A stretch of DNA of 64,000 nt from assembly GCA_964270895.1 (NCBI GenBank), contig OZ185435.1; one strand, written 5' to 3'. The DNA comes from Podarcis filfolensis (taxonomy: Eukaryota). Made by a program: the position numbers and the translations under genes. Every line of letters starts with the position of its first letter. The stretch's first letter is position 1. The notes beneath the pieces are model-generated. The model was not told where the DNA came from. It ran no database searches and saw only the letters and a program-made list of their open reading frames with translations. Positions 51,981 through 63,421 of the stretch are shown piece after piece.

Positions 51981-52656
51981 ACTTGAAAAAACACGTAAAC
52001 GTAATAGGTTGTATAACAAGAATAGTAAAGTTGACCACCAAGTCTAGTATGTACAAAATGCGATTTCTTTCTAATTTCTTCATCTTCTCTTGTATTTTTC
52101 TATCTGATGTATTCCTTAGAAGAGTACCATGAAACAGTCTTGTAAGTGTCTAATGAAGATGATAAGGTTGGTAGACATAAGAAACTGGCACTGGTAGATG
52201 CTGGCACAGGTAGACAGGACAAGGATTCCTGGATATTCCCCTGTTTCGCCCCAAGGGGCTTCATCAGCTGTGTGTAGTTCGGTACTGTATATAACAGCTA
52301 CATGGATCCTATTTGTGATAGATTCTTAGTCAAATAAGGTCTACCAATCTTATCATCTTCAGTAGACACTTGCAAGACTATTTCATCTTACTCTTCTAAG
52401 GAATACATCAGATAGAAAAATACAAGAGAAAATGAAGAAATTAGAAATTAATGTACTATGGGACTGACAAAAAAGAATCGCATTTTGTAGATACTGGACT
52501 TGGTGGTCAACTGAATCAGCTGCATTTTAATATGTTATGTCACGATGTTGATTTTGACATTATGAGAAGCTGTATCTAATTTTGAGAAGTTGTTTCCAGT
52601 AAATAACTTTACAATTGTTATTATACAGCCTATTATGTTTACGTGTTTTTTCAAGT
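51981..52656 (-). mobile_element. Penelope-like retroelement remnant with inverted arms around a hammerhead
   Basis: Left arm 51981-52176 is the reverse complement of right arm 52339-52656, which has two extra internal segments. The spacer holds the hammerhead. Inverted 5'-truncated segments plus a hammerhead are known Penelope-like element traits. Confidence 0.7.
52214..52271 (-). ncRNA. Type I hammerhead ribozyme motif (Penelope-associated)
   Basis: Minus-strand RNA: ACAG-CUGAUGA-A-GCCCCUUGGGGC-GAAA-CAGGGG(AAUAUCCAGGAA)UCCUUGUC^CUGU. Stem I is ACAG/CUGU, stem II GCCC/GGGC, stem III 7 bp (with two G-U pairs). GUC triplet with predicted cleavage between 52218 and 52217. Confidence 0.8.
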
Positions 52657-53981
52657 GGATTTGCGTAATATAGGCATTCTAGTGGTTTTGATTACGAGAC
52701 AAAGTGGCAATTCTAAACCTTGGGAGTTAAGTGGTGAAGGGGAATTTCAGAGTCTTTAAAATGCTCGTCTTTCCAAAGCTGCATCAAACACACCCTTGGC
52801 AAATCCGCACATGAAGATATTTGGGTATTGCACTGGCATGGGTTGTATGAAACTCCATGTGACTGCAGTGCAGTTTTGAAAGTTACATATCAGGGCTGGC
52901 AACAGATTCAAAAGTTAAAAACCAGCACGTGCCATCGCTTTCACAGCTGGCTGGAAGTGCTTGCTTGTCATATCTGTGAGGGCAACCACCCAGGAAGGTT
53001 GAATAATCTGTAGATGGGAATGTGGTCTGTGCAACTTTCCTGGACAAGTGCTGGCAACTGACTTCCAAGCATACAGGGCAGGTAACTGGCAGTGATTGTT
53101 TGTCCTGTCCAGAGCTACTCTGAGGTAACGAGTGTGGTAAAAAAAAATGGTAATAAAATGATCATATCGGAAGTATGAATTTTCTTGGTGCTGTAGCTTG
53201 AATAAACTATCAGGATTTTTCAGGTGGATAAATAACAATATATAACCATTTGATCATAAACTGATGAACAAAACAAGTAAAAGACTTTTTTTTTAATGAC
53301 AAGCTTTCTATTTATGAGGTTTTACCACCCTATGTTTAAAAAGAAGTACCATAGTCCAAAATAATCACTGAATTAATAGCCAAGAGGTAACATTTGTATA
53401 AAATAACCATTTGCTTTACAGCAGCAGTAAAAGGAATGGCAGAATTATGTACGAAGGTTAGAAAGTAATTTGAATAATGCAGAAAAGGAGAAATATTATA
53501 TGCGTACAACATCTATTGTCATTCTACATTTGAGGTGAAGCACTGCAAGTTTATAAAAAAGAAAATCATAGAAATTACAGCACGTGGGTTGGGGTGGGGA
53601 AAGTAAATTAATATATGTTATTTAAAAATGCATACTTAAAGTCCCAGCTACTCAAAAAGGCTTTTAGCTCTCAGATCTTGCATACTAACAAAACAATTGT
53701 CATTGTGACAGGTAGGAGGGATGGAGAGAGGATCCATATTTTGAAGGACCCCTGGGAAGGGTTGCAATACATCTCTGTGTGCTCTGTGCGCAGACACACA
53801 TTGGACACAATCCAGTAATGGTTAATCACAGTCAAATGCCACAGAAAGCAAAGGAAACAGACTTGGGGCTGAATGAAACATGATGCAGGGGGGCAGATTC
53901 CTGGATTTTATACATATGCATAAATCTTTGTGCGTGTGTGTACGCTGCCTTTTCTTGCAAGAACCTCACCACTTGCTAATA

Positions 53982-54211
53982 CAGTGGTACCTTGGTTTAA
54001 GTACAGCTCAGTTTATGAACAACTTGGATTAAGCCCGGAAGTAGGTGTTTTGGTTTGTGAACTTTGCCTTGGAAGCAGAACATGTTCCACTTCCTGTTGA
54101 GTGTAAATTGAGTCCCCCGCTGCTATGGGAAAGCACGCCTTGGTTTAAGGACACTTTGGTTTAAGAATGGACTTCCGGAACAGATTAAGTTCGTAAACCA
54201 AGGTACCACTG
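53982..54211. mobile_element. Tigger-like MITE
   Basis: TA|CAGTGGTACCTTGG ... CCAAGGTACCACTG|TA. Confidence 0.9.
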
Positions 54212-54694
54212 TATATTATTTGGAAGCCCTCCTCTGGGTGCTCCCTTCATCTGACGTTTGACAGTACTGGAGAAACAGAAGAGAGAAAGCAGAGATGGTA
54301 CCCTATGGTCCTCTAGAGATTGTTGGATTCTGACTTCCCCTTAGCGCCAGCAGCACCACTATGGCTAATAGTCAGGGATGATGCAAATTCTAGTGCAGCA
54401 ACATATGGAGGTCCACAGGCTCCAGCATCCCTGGAATAGAGAGCCCTAACCAGCCCAGTGCTTACTACCCCTCAATACTCCATCTCCCATGTAATGTTGT
54501 GGCCATTTCCCCAGGCAGAGAAAGGGGCAGCAGCTGCTTTTTCTCCACAAAATCAAAACACAGCCTTTTAGGCCTGAAGAAATAAGTAAGATATAAGTTG
54601 CTTTGTAAGTTGCTTTGAGTTGCCTGTGGCAAAAAAGTGGCTAATAAATAATAACAATAACACTCTCTGCTTCAAACTCAGAAGCTGTATTTGA

Positions 54695-54744
54695 GAAGGA
54701 AGGAAGGAAGGAAGGAAGGAAGGAAGGAAGGAAGGAAGGAAGGA
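54695..54744. repeat. (GAAG)n microsatellite
   Basis: Direct reading. Confidence 0.95.
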
Positions 54745-55441
54745 CTAAGTGCAATATCTATGAATGAAGTAAAACTTCATTCTAAGAATGAAGCAAAACT
54801 AAAAATGAATGCAAGCAAGGTGAAAATTACTGGCTTACTAATATGTAAGTGAACAACTTCTCTGATGTTCCTGATATCTTCATCACTATCTTTAAAATGC
54901 CGAAAATGAGTGACTTAAGTTTGCCCAGGAAACCTGTGGCAGAGCTGAAGGCTCAGTCTACATCCAGTGCAAAGCTCACTTAGGAGCCCACTGAAGCAGA
55001 AGCAAGAACACTGCACAGATGCCATTGGTTGAATGCAGTGAAGAAGGCAAGGAAAACTGAGCTGAGAAGGTATGACACAGATCTTTCAACAGCAGATGCC
55101 CCAAGGTACTAACATTCTGAGGGAGAAAAACTTTATCTGCTCCGCACATAATTTTATACACCGGCAGCACAATATCCTTTTCGTAGGGGCGAAACTAGGC
55201 TTTATTTCACCCAGATCAAAGACCCAGTTTGACACCATTCACACGCATTTGTGTACGCACCCATAGGCAAGGAGCCTCAATGGCGTCCCTCTGGAGGTTT
55301 CACCTGGGACAAAAACAACAACCTCGGCTAGCTTCCCCCATAGCTACGACACTGCTTTTTTAGCTGAGGTGACTGGAACTGTACACAGTATTCCAAGTGT
55401 GGTCACACAACAGATTTGTATTTTCAGTCCCTTTCCTCATA

Positions 55442-55682
55442 CAGTCGTACCTTGGAAGTCGAACAGAATCTGTTCCAAAAGTCTGTTCAACTCCCAAAAC
55501 GTTCGGAAACCAAAGTGCGGCTTCTGATTCGGTGCAGGAAGCTCCTGCAGCCAATCAGAAGCCCCGTCAGATGTTTGACTTCCAAAAATAGTTCGCAAAC
55601 TGGAACAGTCACTTCCAGGTTTGTGGCGTTCAGGAGCCAAAATGTCTGAGTACCAAGGCGTTCAGGATCCAAGGTACAACTG
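55442..55682. mobile_element. Tigger-like MITE (reverse orientation of the 6636 family)
   Basis: TA|CAGTCGTACCTTGGA ... TCCAAGGTACAACTG|TA. Confidence 0.9.
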
Positions 55683-56038
55683 TAATCCATAACACAGAAT
55701 TCTCCTTTTTCTAACAACCGCCGCATACTGGGAAGACACACTATGACCCCAAGGTCTTGTTCAGCGCGTCAGTCACCGCTTGTTCACAGCCACACTGTCA
55801 GTCTTGGACATTGCCTAGCTACCACATTGTAGCATCATGATGTAGCATCATGTGAGCTGGGCCTCCGGTGTCCATTGCACTCCACTAATGATGACAGCAT
55901 CGACTTTGTTTACAGAAAACAGGTCCACAAATCTGTAGTGGATCTGTTGGGTAGATAGATCTTGCCCCTGGGTCATCTTCCTACTGAACCCCCCCCCCAA
56001 AAAAACCCACCTTTGATTTGTCCAGCTTTGGTTTTATA

Positions 56039-56278
56039 TAGTCATACCTCGGGCTGAAGTAGCTTCGGGATGAATATTTTTGGGTTGCGCTCTGTGGTGA
56101 CCCGGAAGTAATGAAGCGCGTTACTTCCGGGTTTTGCCACTCGCGCAGATGCTCAAAATGACGTCACGCACATGCACAGAAGTGGCGAAACGCAACCCGC
56201 GCAGACACGTCTTACGTTTACCTCAGGATGCGAACGGGGCTCCGGAACAGATCCTGTTCGTATCCAGAGGTACCACTG
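56039..56278. mobile_element. Tigger-like MITE (reverse orientation of the 22315 family)
   Basis: Imperfect TIRs tagtcatacctcgg / gaggtaccactg. Internal sequence is complementary to 22315-22522. Confidence 0.8.
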
Positions 56279-56544
56279 CATTGGGATAAACAAGGGCATG
56301 AGTGTGTCTGATTGTTTTCCAACAGAAAAATAACACAGGATTCAGCCCACATCCAAGAATGTTGTAGTCGCAATCCAATTCACAGCTGCTTTTAGTAAGA
56401 GGCATGGCTAGTCACAACACACACAATCTAAACACATTATTGTTTTTGCTTGTTTGTTGTGAAATATTGCAATTAGGAGTCAAACGCTTCTTGTTTCCAT
56501 CTCATGCTTGATGTACTAGATTTGATTTAAATGGCACGCATGTT

Positions 56545-56575
<31 letters not shown>

Positions 56576-56989
56576 GAAGGGAATCTGTATCTAATTGTTT
56601 CAGCCAAGGGATACCTTAACACCCAGAGCAAACTTAGTTTTAAAGGCCTCCATCTGTTACTGTGTCCTGCTGACTGATGGCATCTCTCTGCCCTTCACAA
56701 TGCTGAATCAGCAACTCCTCGTGATAGATCTGCCACGGCAGAAGTAGGACGTTAGTCTCTAAAGGAAACTTCCTAAGACAACCTGAAGTAAAATGAGCAA
56801 ATGAGGAACGGAATAAATGGGAGATCATACCTAGCTTCTAATCTGCTTCAGTACAGAACTCGTGTTTGTTTTCTTGTACCTTCTGTAAGCATTTATCTTT
56901 TCATTCATCACAAAGATCAGCACGCTGCTGGTTTTGTCAAATCCAGGTTTCTGAATTTGTGAGCACCTTGTAATACTACTAACTACTAA

Positions 56990-57205
56990 TAATTTATTAT
57001 TTACATGCCGCCCATCTAACTGGGTTGCCCCGGTCATTCTGGGCAGCTTCCAACAAATTAAACACATAAAGCACAGTAAAACATTGAACATTAAAAAAAC
57101 TTCCCACTACAGGGCTGCCTTCAGATGTCTTCCAAAAGTCAAAAAGTTGTTTATTTCCTTGACATCTGATGGGAGGGCGGGTGCTACTACCAAGAAGGCC
57201 CTACA
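56990..57205 (-). mobile_element. L2 3' fragment of the same family as 18495-18960
   Basis: Reverse-complement matches to 18700-18940 (gccgcccatct..gggttgcccc, cagggctgcc, ttgacatctgatgggagggcg). Confidence 0.8.
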
Positions 57206-58054
57206 ATGTAGTCCAATGAATGTAGTCCATTGTGTAAAATAAGAATGCTTTTTTTCAACTGAACATTTATTGCTTTAGATAAATTAAGGGGCAGGAAACA
57301 TATAGTGATTTGGAGTAAAAGGGAATAGAATAAGGCAGGGTTAGGCATATTTTAAGCTTGCAGGATCTGCTTTGGTTTGTTACAAGAATCCCAAAGTCCA
57401 TCAACCAGAACCAGGTTCACACTTACTTATTATTATACTAACATAGTTGCTGGGTTGGGTTGGGGTTTGGGGGGGCATGTTTCCACATGACGTCTTCATT
57501 ATTCAGCTGCTATTCCAGAATAACACTCAAAAACTAGCTTTTTATTTTCCCATAAAAATCCCACCCCCTTTTTTTTTTTTGGAAAAAAAAATCCAGAATG
57601 AATCATCAATATTTTCATTTGTGTGAAATGGTGAGCACCACCTTATTTTCTGTGTAGAGGAAGTGGGAGTTGGTGGGCATAATTTGGGGGAACATCTGTT
57701 TTGCACCACTTTGCTCTGACCTGTGCAAGCTGTCAGTCTGTCTGTCCCAGGTCTAGGCGAAGAGCCTATTCCTCTTCTTCAGTAACATAATGGCTTTCTT
57801 GCTAAGGGTACATGTTCATACCAGCATTCATCTCTGCTTTACTCTTTTTTCTTTTTTGGATTTACTCCTCATTGTCCTCTGCTGTTCCAAACCACTATTC
57901 ACCTATTTCCTTGTCCAAATCTGTATTTCCTTCTCATGCCTATGATTAATATTAAGCAATAACCCTTGAATTTCACTCTCTTCTTCCACGCACCACTGAC
58001 TATGCTAGAATTCAAGCTTGGGCCGTGTTTGTGTTGTTTTCACCATATCATTGC

Positions 58055-58089
<35 letters not shown>

Positions 58090-58673
58090 GTGTGCATTTC
58101 ACAACTCTTTCCCCCCTAGCTGCTCTCATCAGCATGGCTTCATTATTGTCAGATTCATTTCTGTTTGTGTGCTCATGGAGGGGGGGGGGGAGCGTTTATG
58201 CAATGGGAGGGATGTTTTTACCCTATGAAAACGTGTTCTCACCCTGGCTAAAGAAAAAATTAGGAACGGCTTAAGGACTCTAACTGGTTTGAAGCTTCTT
58301 TGAGAAACAACATATCAAACAGTAGTATCTTATAATGAAGTACAGGATAGATATGCATCATGGGAACATGGATTCAAAACCCAGCACTGGAAGGAACACA
58401 GTGAGCGCACCCCAAACAGGAGTGTGAACACAGTTTTGGAGTGAGAGAAGAGAAAAAGCTGCACTTCTATGGGATTTGTATGCAGCCAAAGAAGTGCAAT
58501 ATCTGGTTTTCGGGTGGTGAAAGAGTGTGTGTATTGATACAGCCAGCTGAATAACGAAGTGCAAATTCAGTGCTGTTTTTTTAAAAAAATCTCCAATAGC
58601 ATGGAGGAGAGATATTATGTGAAGTAAGGTACACTATGTAAAGGTTAATACCTATTTAATAAGGTTACTTTCA

Positions 58674-58716
<43 letters not shown>
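58674..58716. repeat. (TTA)n microsatellite
   Basis: Direct reading. Confidence 0.95.
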
Positions 58717-59534
58717 GAATAATGAAGCACAAAGCAAGTTAAAGAGAGGGTTGAGGTATATAGATTGCACAAGCCATGCAAGTACAAATCATTAAGAAGA
58801 AATGTTTCGACTTAAAAGAATTATATTCCATATTGCAGTTTGTGTTTATTATAATGGAGGATTATCTGTTGAGGCCAACAGCATCCATGAAAGAAGGGAA
58901 ATTTGGTACATCCATGTTTTAGATACCACATAAAACTTCAAAGGGAAAGAGAAAATCGTCCTTCAAACAGCCTTTTCCAGAAAGAAGGGAAGACAGGAAT
59001 GTAAACGTCTCCCGACGCCGCACAGGTTCATCACCCATTATTTTCCCCACATTATTTGGAAGCCTGTCTTTATTTGGAAGTGAACAACAAACAGCTTTCT
59101 CAGCTGAACAGTAGTCTTGGTTTCAGCTCTGCTCAACCTGTGCAACAAACGGCTACAGCTCTGGAAACAAAGGAGAGCAGAGAAGCTTCAGAGGCAGTGC
59201 GCTCTCTGCTTGTCCTCTGCAGACAAGAATACTTTTAGTAATGGAACTGTATCTTCTCTACACACACCCCACCCCTGCTCAGCCCTTCCCCTGCTGTGCA
59301 GCTCTGGCTTTAAAAGCCACCTCAGCGTCCAAACAGGCACTATGGTATCAGGAACAACTGAGCCAGAAAAAGCAAATTACATGTATTCAGAGCACATCAA
59401 TTAACATTGCCCTCATGCAGCTTCAAATGTGCCACAAGCACTTACAGCAGGAGGCATTGCCGACCTTGGCTGCTCCTGCAAGTATTTTTTTTTTATTTGC
59501 ATGAATTAAATGTTACAGAGCATCTGAACCAGAA

Positions 59535-59536
<2 letters not shown>

Positions 59537-59614
<78 letters not shown>
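59537..59614. repeat. Compound (TC)n(AC)n microsatellite
   Basis: Direct reading. Confidence 0.95.
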
Positions 59615-59617
<3 letters not shown>

Positions 59618-59732
59618 TCCAAGTTTACCAGACATGCATATAGACCTTTTAATATTTTACCAGCAACATCTGCTGCGATTCAAACAGAAATGTCAGGTTT
59701 TTCTCACTGCGATGTATAAGCAATAGCTTGTA

Positions 59733-59974
59733 CAGTGGTACCTCAGGTTAAGAACTTAATTTGTTCCGGAGGTCCGTTCTTAACCTGAAACTGTTCTTAA
59801 CCTGAGGTAACACTTTAGCTAATGGGGCCTCCTGCTGCCGCTGCGCCGCCGCTGCACGTTTTCTGTTCTCATCCTGAAGCAAAGTTCTTAACCCGAGGTA
59901 ATATTTCTGGGTTAGCGGAGTCTGTAACCTGAAGCGTATGTAACCTGAAGTGTATGTAACCCGAGGTACCACTG
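59733..59974 (+). mobile_element. Tigger-like MITE (38223 family)
   Basis: TA|CAGTGGTACCTC ... GAGGTACCACTG|TA. Internally very similar to 38223-38448. Confidence 0.9.
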
Positions 59975-60248
59975 TATTTGGAAAGATAGGAGGAGAGACA
60001 ATAGGAACAAATACTCGTTGCTTGAAGTAAAAGCCACGTTTGTGCCAGTAACATGGAAGAAAACCAGCACACCCCAGGCCCCATCTACACTACAAATTTA
60101 TACTGGTTAATCCTAGCTTCAGCTACTATTTGTATAGGTTGCAATGTAAAGAGACCCTTTAGGCAAGCCTAACAGCTTATACACCTGCAGCAGTGCTTTT
60201 AAGCTACACCCTAGAAACACCACTAAAATTCAAAAGGTGTGTTTGGAT

Positions 60249-60249
<1 letters not shown>

Positions 60250-60289
<40 letters not shown>
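60250..60289. repeat. (GT)n microsatellite
   Basis: Direct reading. Confidence 0.95.
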
Positions 60290-60291
<2 letters not shown>

Positions 60292-60861
60292 GTTAAAGGA
60301 TCAGTCGTAGAATGCAAGTTATCAAGTTACAATGAAAAGTTTCTTTTGTCCATGCATGCATACAAAGCAGTTCAGCAGATGGGAGTCATATGCAGCTATT
60401 GCTCTGGCAACACCTATTGCCATATGCCTGCCCTTTGCCAGCGTCACACTGCAGTCTGGATCGAATGGGCTCATCTGCGAGGGTGGCAGGTGTGTGGGTG
60501 GTCCTGCTGAATGGGCAGTGGTTTGGACTGGATGACTGTTTCCATCATCCCTTCTCTTTCCCTCATGGTGATGTATTTACCCCCTTGCGTGAAAAGACCA
60601 CCAAGACATATTTTTCAGCATGAGAACTGTTAACATTTTACGCATCCTCTATGGGGCTGGCTGTTTGCTCCTCTGAGCTGAAGGCAACATGCTCTGCAGA
60701 ATGCACTGCATCACAGGATTAGCCGAACAGAATTTGGTTCCAGGAGGAAAATAGGGAAATGGGCTCTTGCTCTAACACACTTGAGATATTATGCATATTT
60801 ACTGGGAAGTAAGTTGCACTGCTTACTTGCTAGGACTGGGTTGTCATCTGTGCTAGGGGAG

Positions 60862-60968
60862 AGCTAGAAGCTCGGTTGGTAGAGCACGAGACTCTTAATT
60901 TCAGGACTGTGGGTTCGAGTCCCATGTTGGGTGAAAGATTCCTGCATTGCAGGGGGTTGAATAGATAA
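60862..60968 (+). mobile_element. tRNA-Lys(CUU)-derived short SINE or pseudogene with CR1-like 3' tail
   Basis: gctcggttggtagagcacgagactCTTaatttcagg...gggttcgagtcccatgttgggtg resembles tRNA-Lys-CTT, with anticodon at 60894-60896 and mismatched stems. It is followed by aaagattcctgcattgcagggggttg. Confidence 0.7.
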
Positions 60969-61558
60969 TATGTTTGGCCTGGCCCAAGATCAGTGAGCTC
61001 TGTGGCTAAATGGAAATCTAGTCAGGTCGCATCCAGTACTCTAACCTAGGAGTGGGGGACTTCTGGCCTGTCGCAGGTCCCAGTTTGGCCCACAAGGCAG
61101 TTTCCCCCAAGCCGCAGCCACTTGCCCCCACACCTCCTTGATCAGCACTATCTGCTAGCCCCACGGTCAGTAGGCAGGTGCTATCTGAATCCAAACCATG
61201 CCAGCAGACGATACTTCAAAAGCGGTTTGCTGTAACCACCAAGGGTCCATTTATAAAAGGCCTCAGTGCAAAAAGATGACAAGTCAAATCAGCAGAATTA
61301 AAACCGGCGATGGAGGGGAAGAGGATAGCTAAGAGCAGCATACAATGCCAAACAACTGCTTGAAATAAAAATGTGATTAAAACCATAGGCAATCCCATGT
61401 ACTTTACTCCACTGTCTGCTCTTTGGAGGAAATAAAGGATGCATATAGGATATACATGGTCACCTGCAGAAGTAGGAATACAGTTAAAACAAAGAACAGT
61501 CAAGAAGAAAAAAAGTGGATTCTAAAACAGTATACCTACTTTTGGGCCATGCTGTGTG

Positions 61559-61563
<5 letters not shown>

Positions 61564-61602
<39 letters not shown>
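61564..61602. repeat. (AC)n microsatellite
   Basis: Direct reading. Confidence 0.95.
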
Positions 61603-61603
<1 letters not shown>

Positions 61604-62779
61604 TTATGAAAAAATATATATCACTGCTGTTTACTGGAGGGTTCTCCCATCCCCCAATAAGAAAATAGGCTTAGGATGTAGAATGGCCAGGTGAAAAGGG
61701 GAAGAGAACTCTGGCACCATTAAATACCTGCAAAAGGGAATGTCATGCTTAAATTTCCTCCTCCTACACGGCTATTAAAGTTGCCAAGGCCCTGCCCTCT
61801 TCTTCACCTGCCTGCCCTAAACTGAATTGCTTGCACACCCCTTTCTGTAGTAACAAGATAATGACTTGGACCGGGGATTTTGCTCCTACAAGAAAACCCA
61901 TGATGAAGTGCAAATTTCCCTTTGCCCGCCCCCTCCCAGCCATCATCAAAAAAGGGGAAAAGGAAATGGACCGTAAAAGACATTACATTTTATCTCTCTG
62001 ATTCTGTATCAACAGCTACAAGGCTCCTTCTAAGTACTGCCTGGAGGCAATGTGCGCTTCAAGCCAGCAAGATAATTGCAAGCGACCCAGGGACCAAGCC
62101 TAGGGAGCAAGAAACGTACACTTTTGGGCATGGGTGGGGTGAGATGAGGGGGTGTTGCTGGCTCAGGCTATAGCCCTATTACAACGAGTGAGAAAATGAA
62201 GCCAAATTTTAGATCAAAGCAAACAAAATAACATTTATTTTACATTCTATTAAGTTCCAAAATATGTGACACAAGTGCCTGAGGAAATGGAAGAGGCTTC
62301 TAAATGGCTGCTTCACACATCCCACAGATATTTGAGATTTTTCCTCCTGAAATGTTGCGTTTGGGGGGGGGGGAACTTTTTGAAAAGAGTATGCTGGAAT
62401 TATTGTTTTGTTTGTCATTATGTATTTTTGTATTTTTATATTGTAAACCACGCTGTGATCCTCTGATGATGCGGCAATACATAAATGTAATAAAACAATA
62501 AAAATGTAATAAAACAATAAAACAAACAAACAAGCAAAATCTCCGTCTAATTCAGTAAGATTTACCAAAGAAACAAAACAAAACCAGAAAAAAACCTACA
62601 CAAATGCGATTTTCATCAAATTTAGCATGACCCTACGCATTTTTTTACAGACCCCAAGGAGTTTCAGGAAGTGTTCAGTTTTGGATCAAGAACTGTTAAC
62701 CCACCTCAGTCAACCACACCCCACTGGAATAAAAGCCAAGCCTCACTCACATGCCCATGTCTTTACAACCTAATGCTTC

Positions 62780-62917
62780 AAACCCTCCAACATTTCTCCG
62801 ATGAAAACAAGGACTTCCTAAGGAAAAGCAGAATATTCTGGGACCAAATCAGAAATCGGGATGGCTTCTGTAAATCCGGGACTGTCCCTGGAAAATAAGG
62901 ACACTTGGAGGGTCTGA
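62780..62917. mobile_element. Small DNA-transposon MITE
   Basis: Ends caaaccctccaa / ttggagggtctg, with atgctt on both flanks. Confidence 0.55.
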
Positions 62918-63421
62918 TGCTTTGAACAGCTGCACCTGAAAGCTATCTCGTTATTTCTGTGGTGTTTAATTGATCTGAATTAAAGGTATTATGATATTTC
63001 CCCCTCCAATGGCAAAGCAACTCTTTGGATAAGACGTAAACAGTCTCTTTCTGTGTCCATGGACACCATCTTCAGAACTGTCATCCCACCTATTGATATA
63101 TTTCTGTTACTAAGATAAAAGTACATGCTGTCCTTTAAGAAGCGTCCCCTGATAATCTGTTCAAATCCTGCTGCTTTTGAAGCTACAGGGGCAAGATAGC
63201 CTTGTTGACAAGCTGGCCTCCCTAACTGCTGTTGAAGACGCAGGAGTAGGCCAAGGTGGTGTTTTTATGGTCTGCTGTCAAAAGAAGAAGGAAGTGTTAC
63301 ATACAGCCACTGCTTACAACAGGCACCACATTTGCAAATGTTAAAAGGGCACTGCTGCTAGCCTTAACTTGTATAAGAAGGTAGGCACGTCAGAAGCGTA
63401 CTTCTCTCTCTTACACCTGTT

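Noticed and set aside
60862-60933. Functional tRNA-Lys gene
   Set aside because: The acceptor and anticodon stems are mismatched, there is no poly-T terminator and a LINE-like tail follows.
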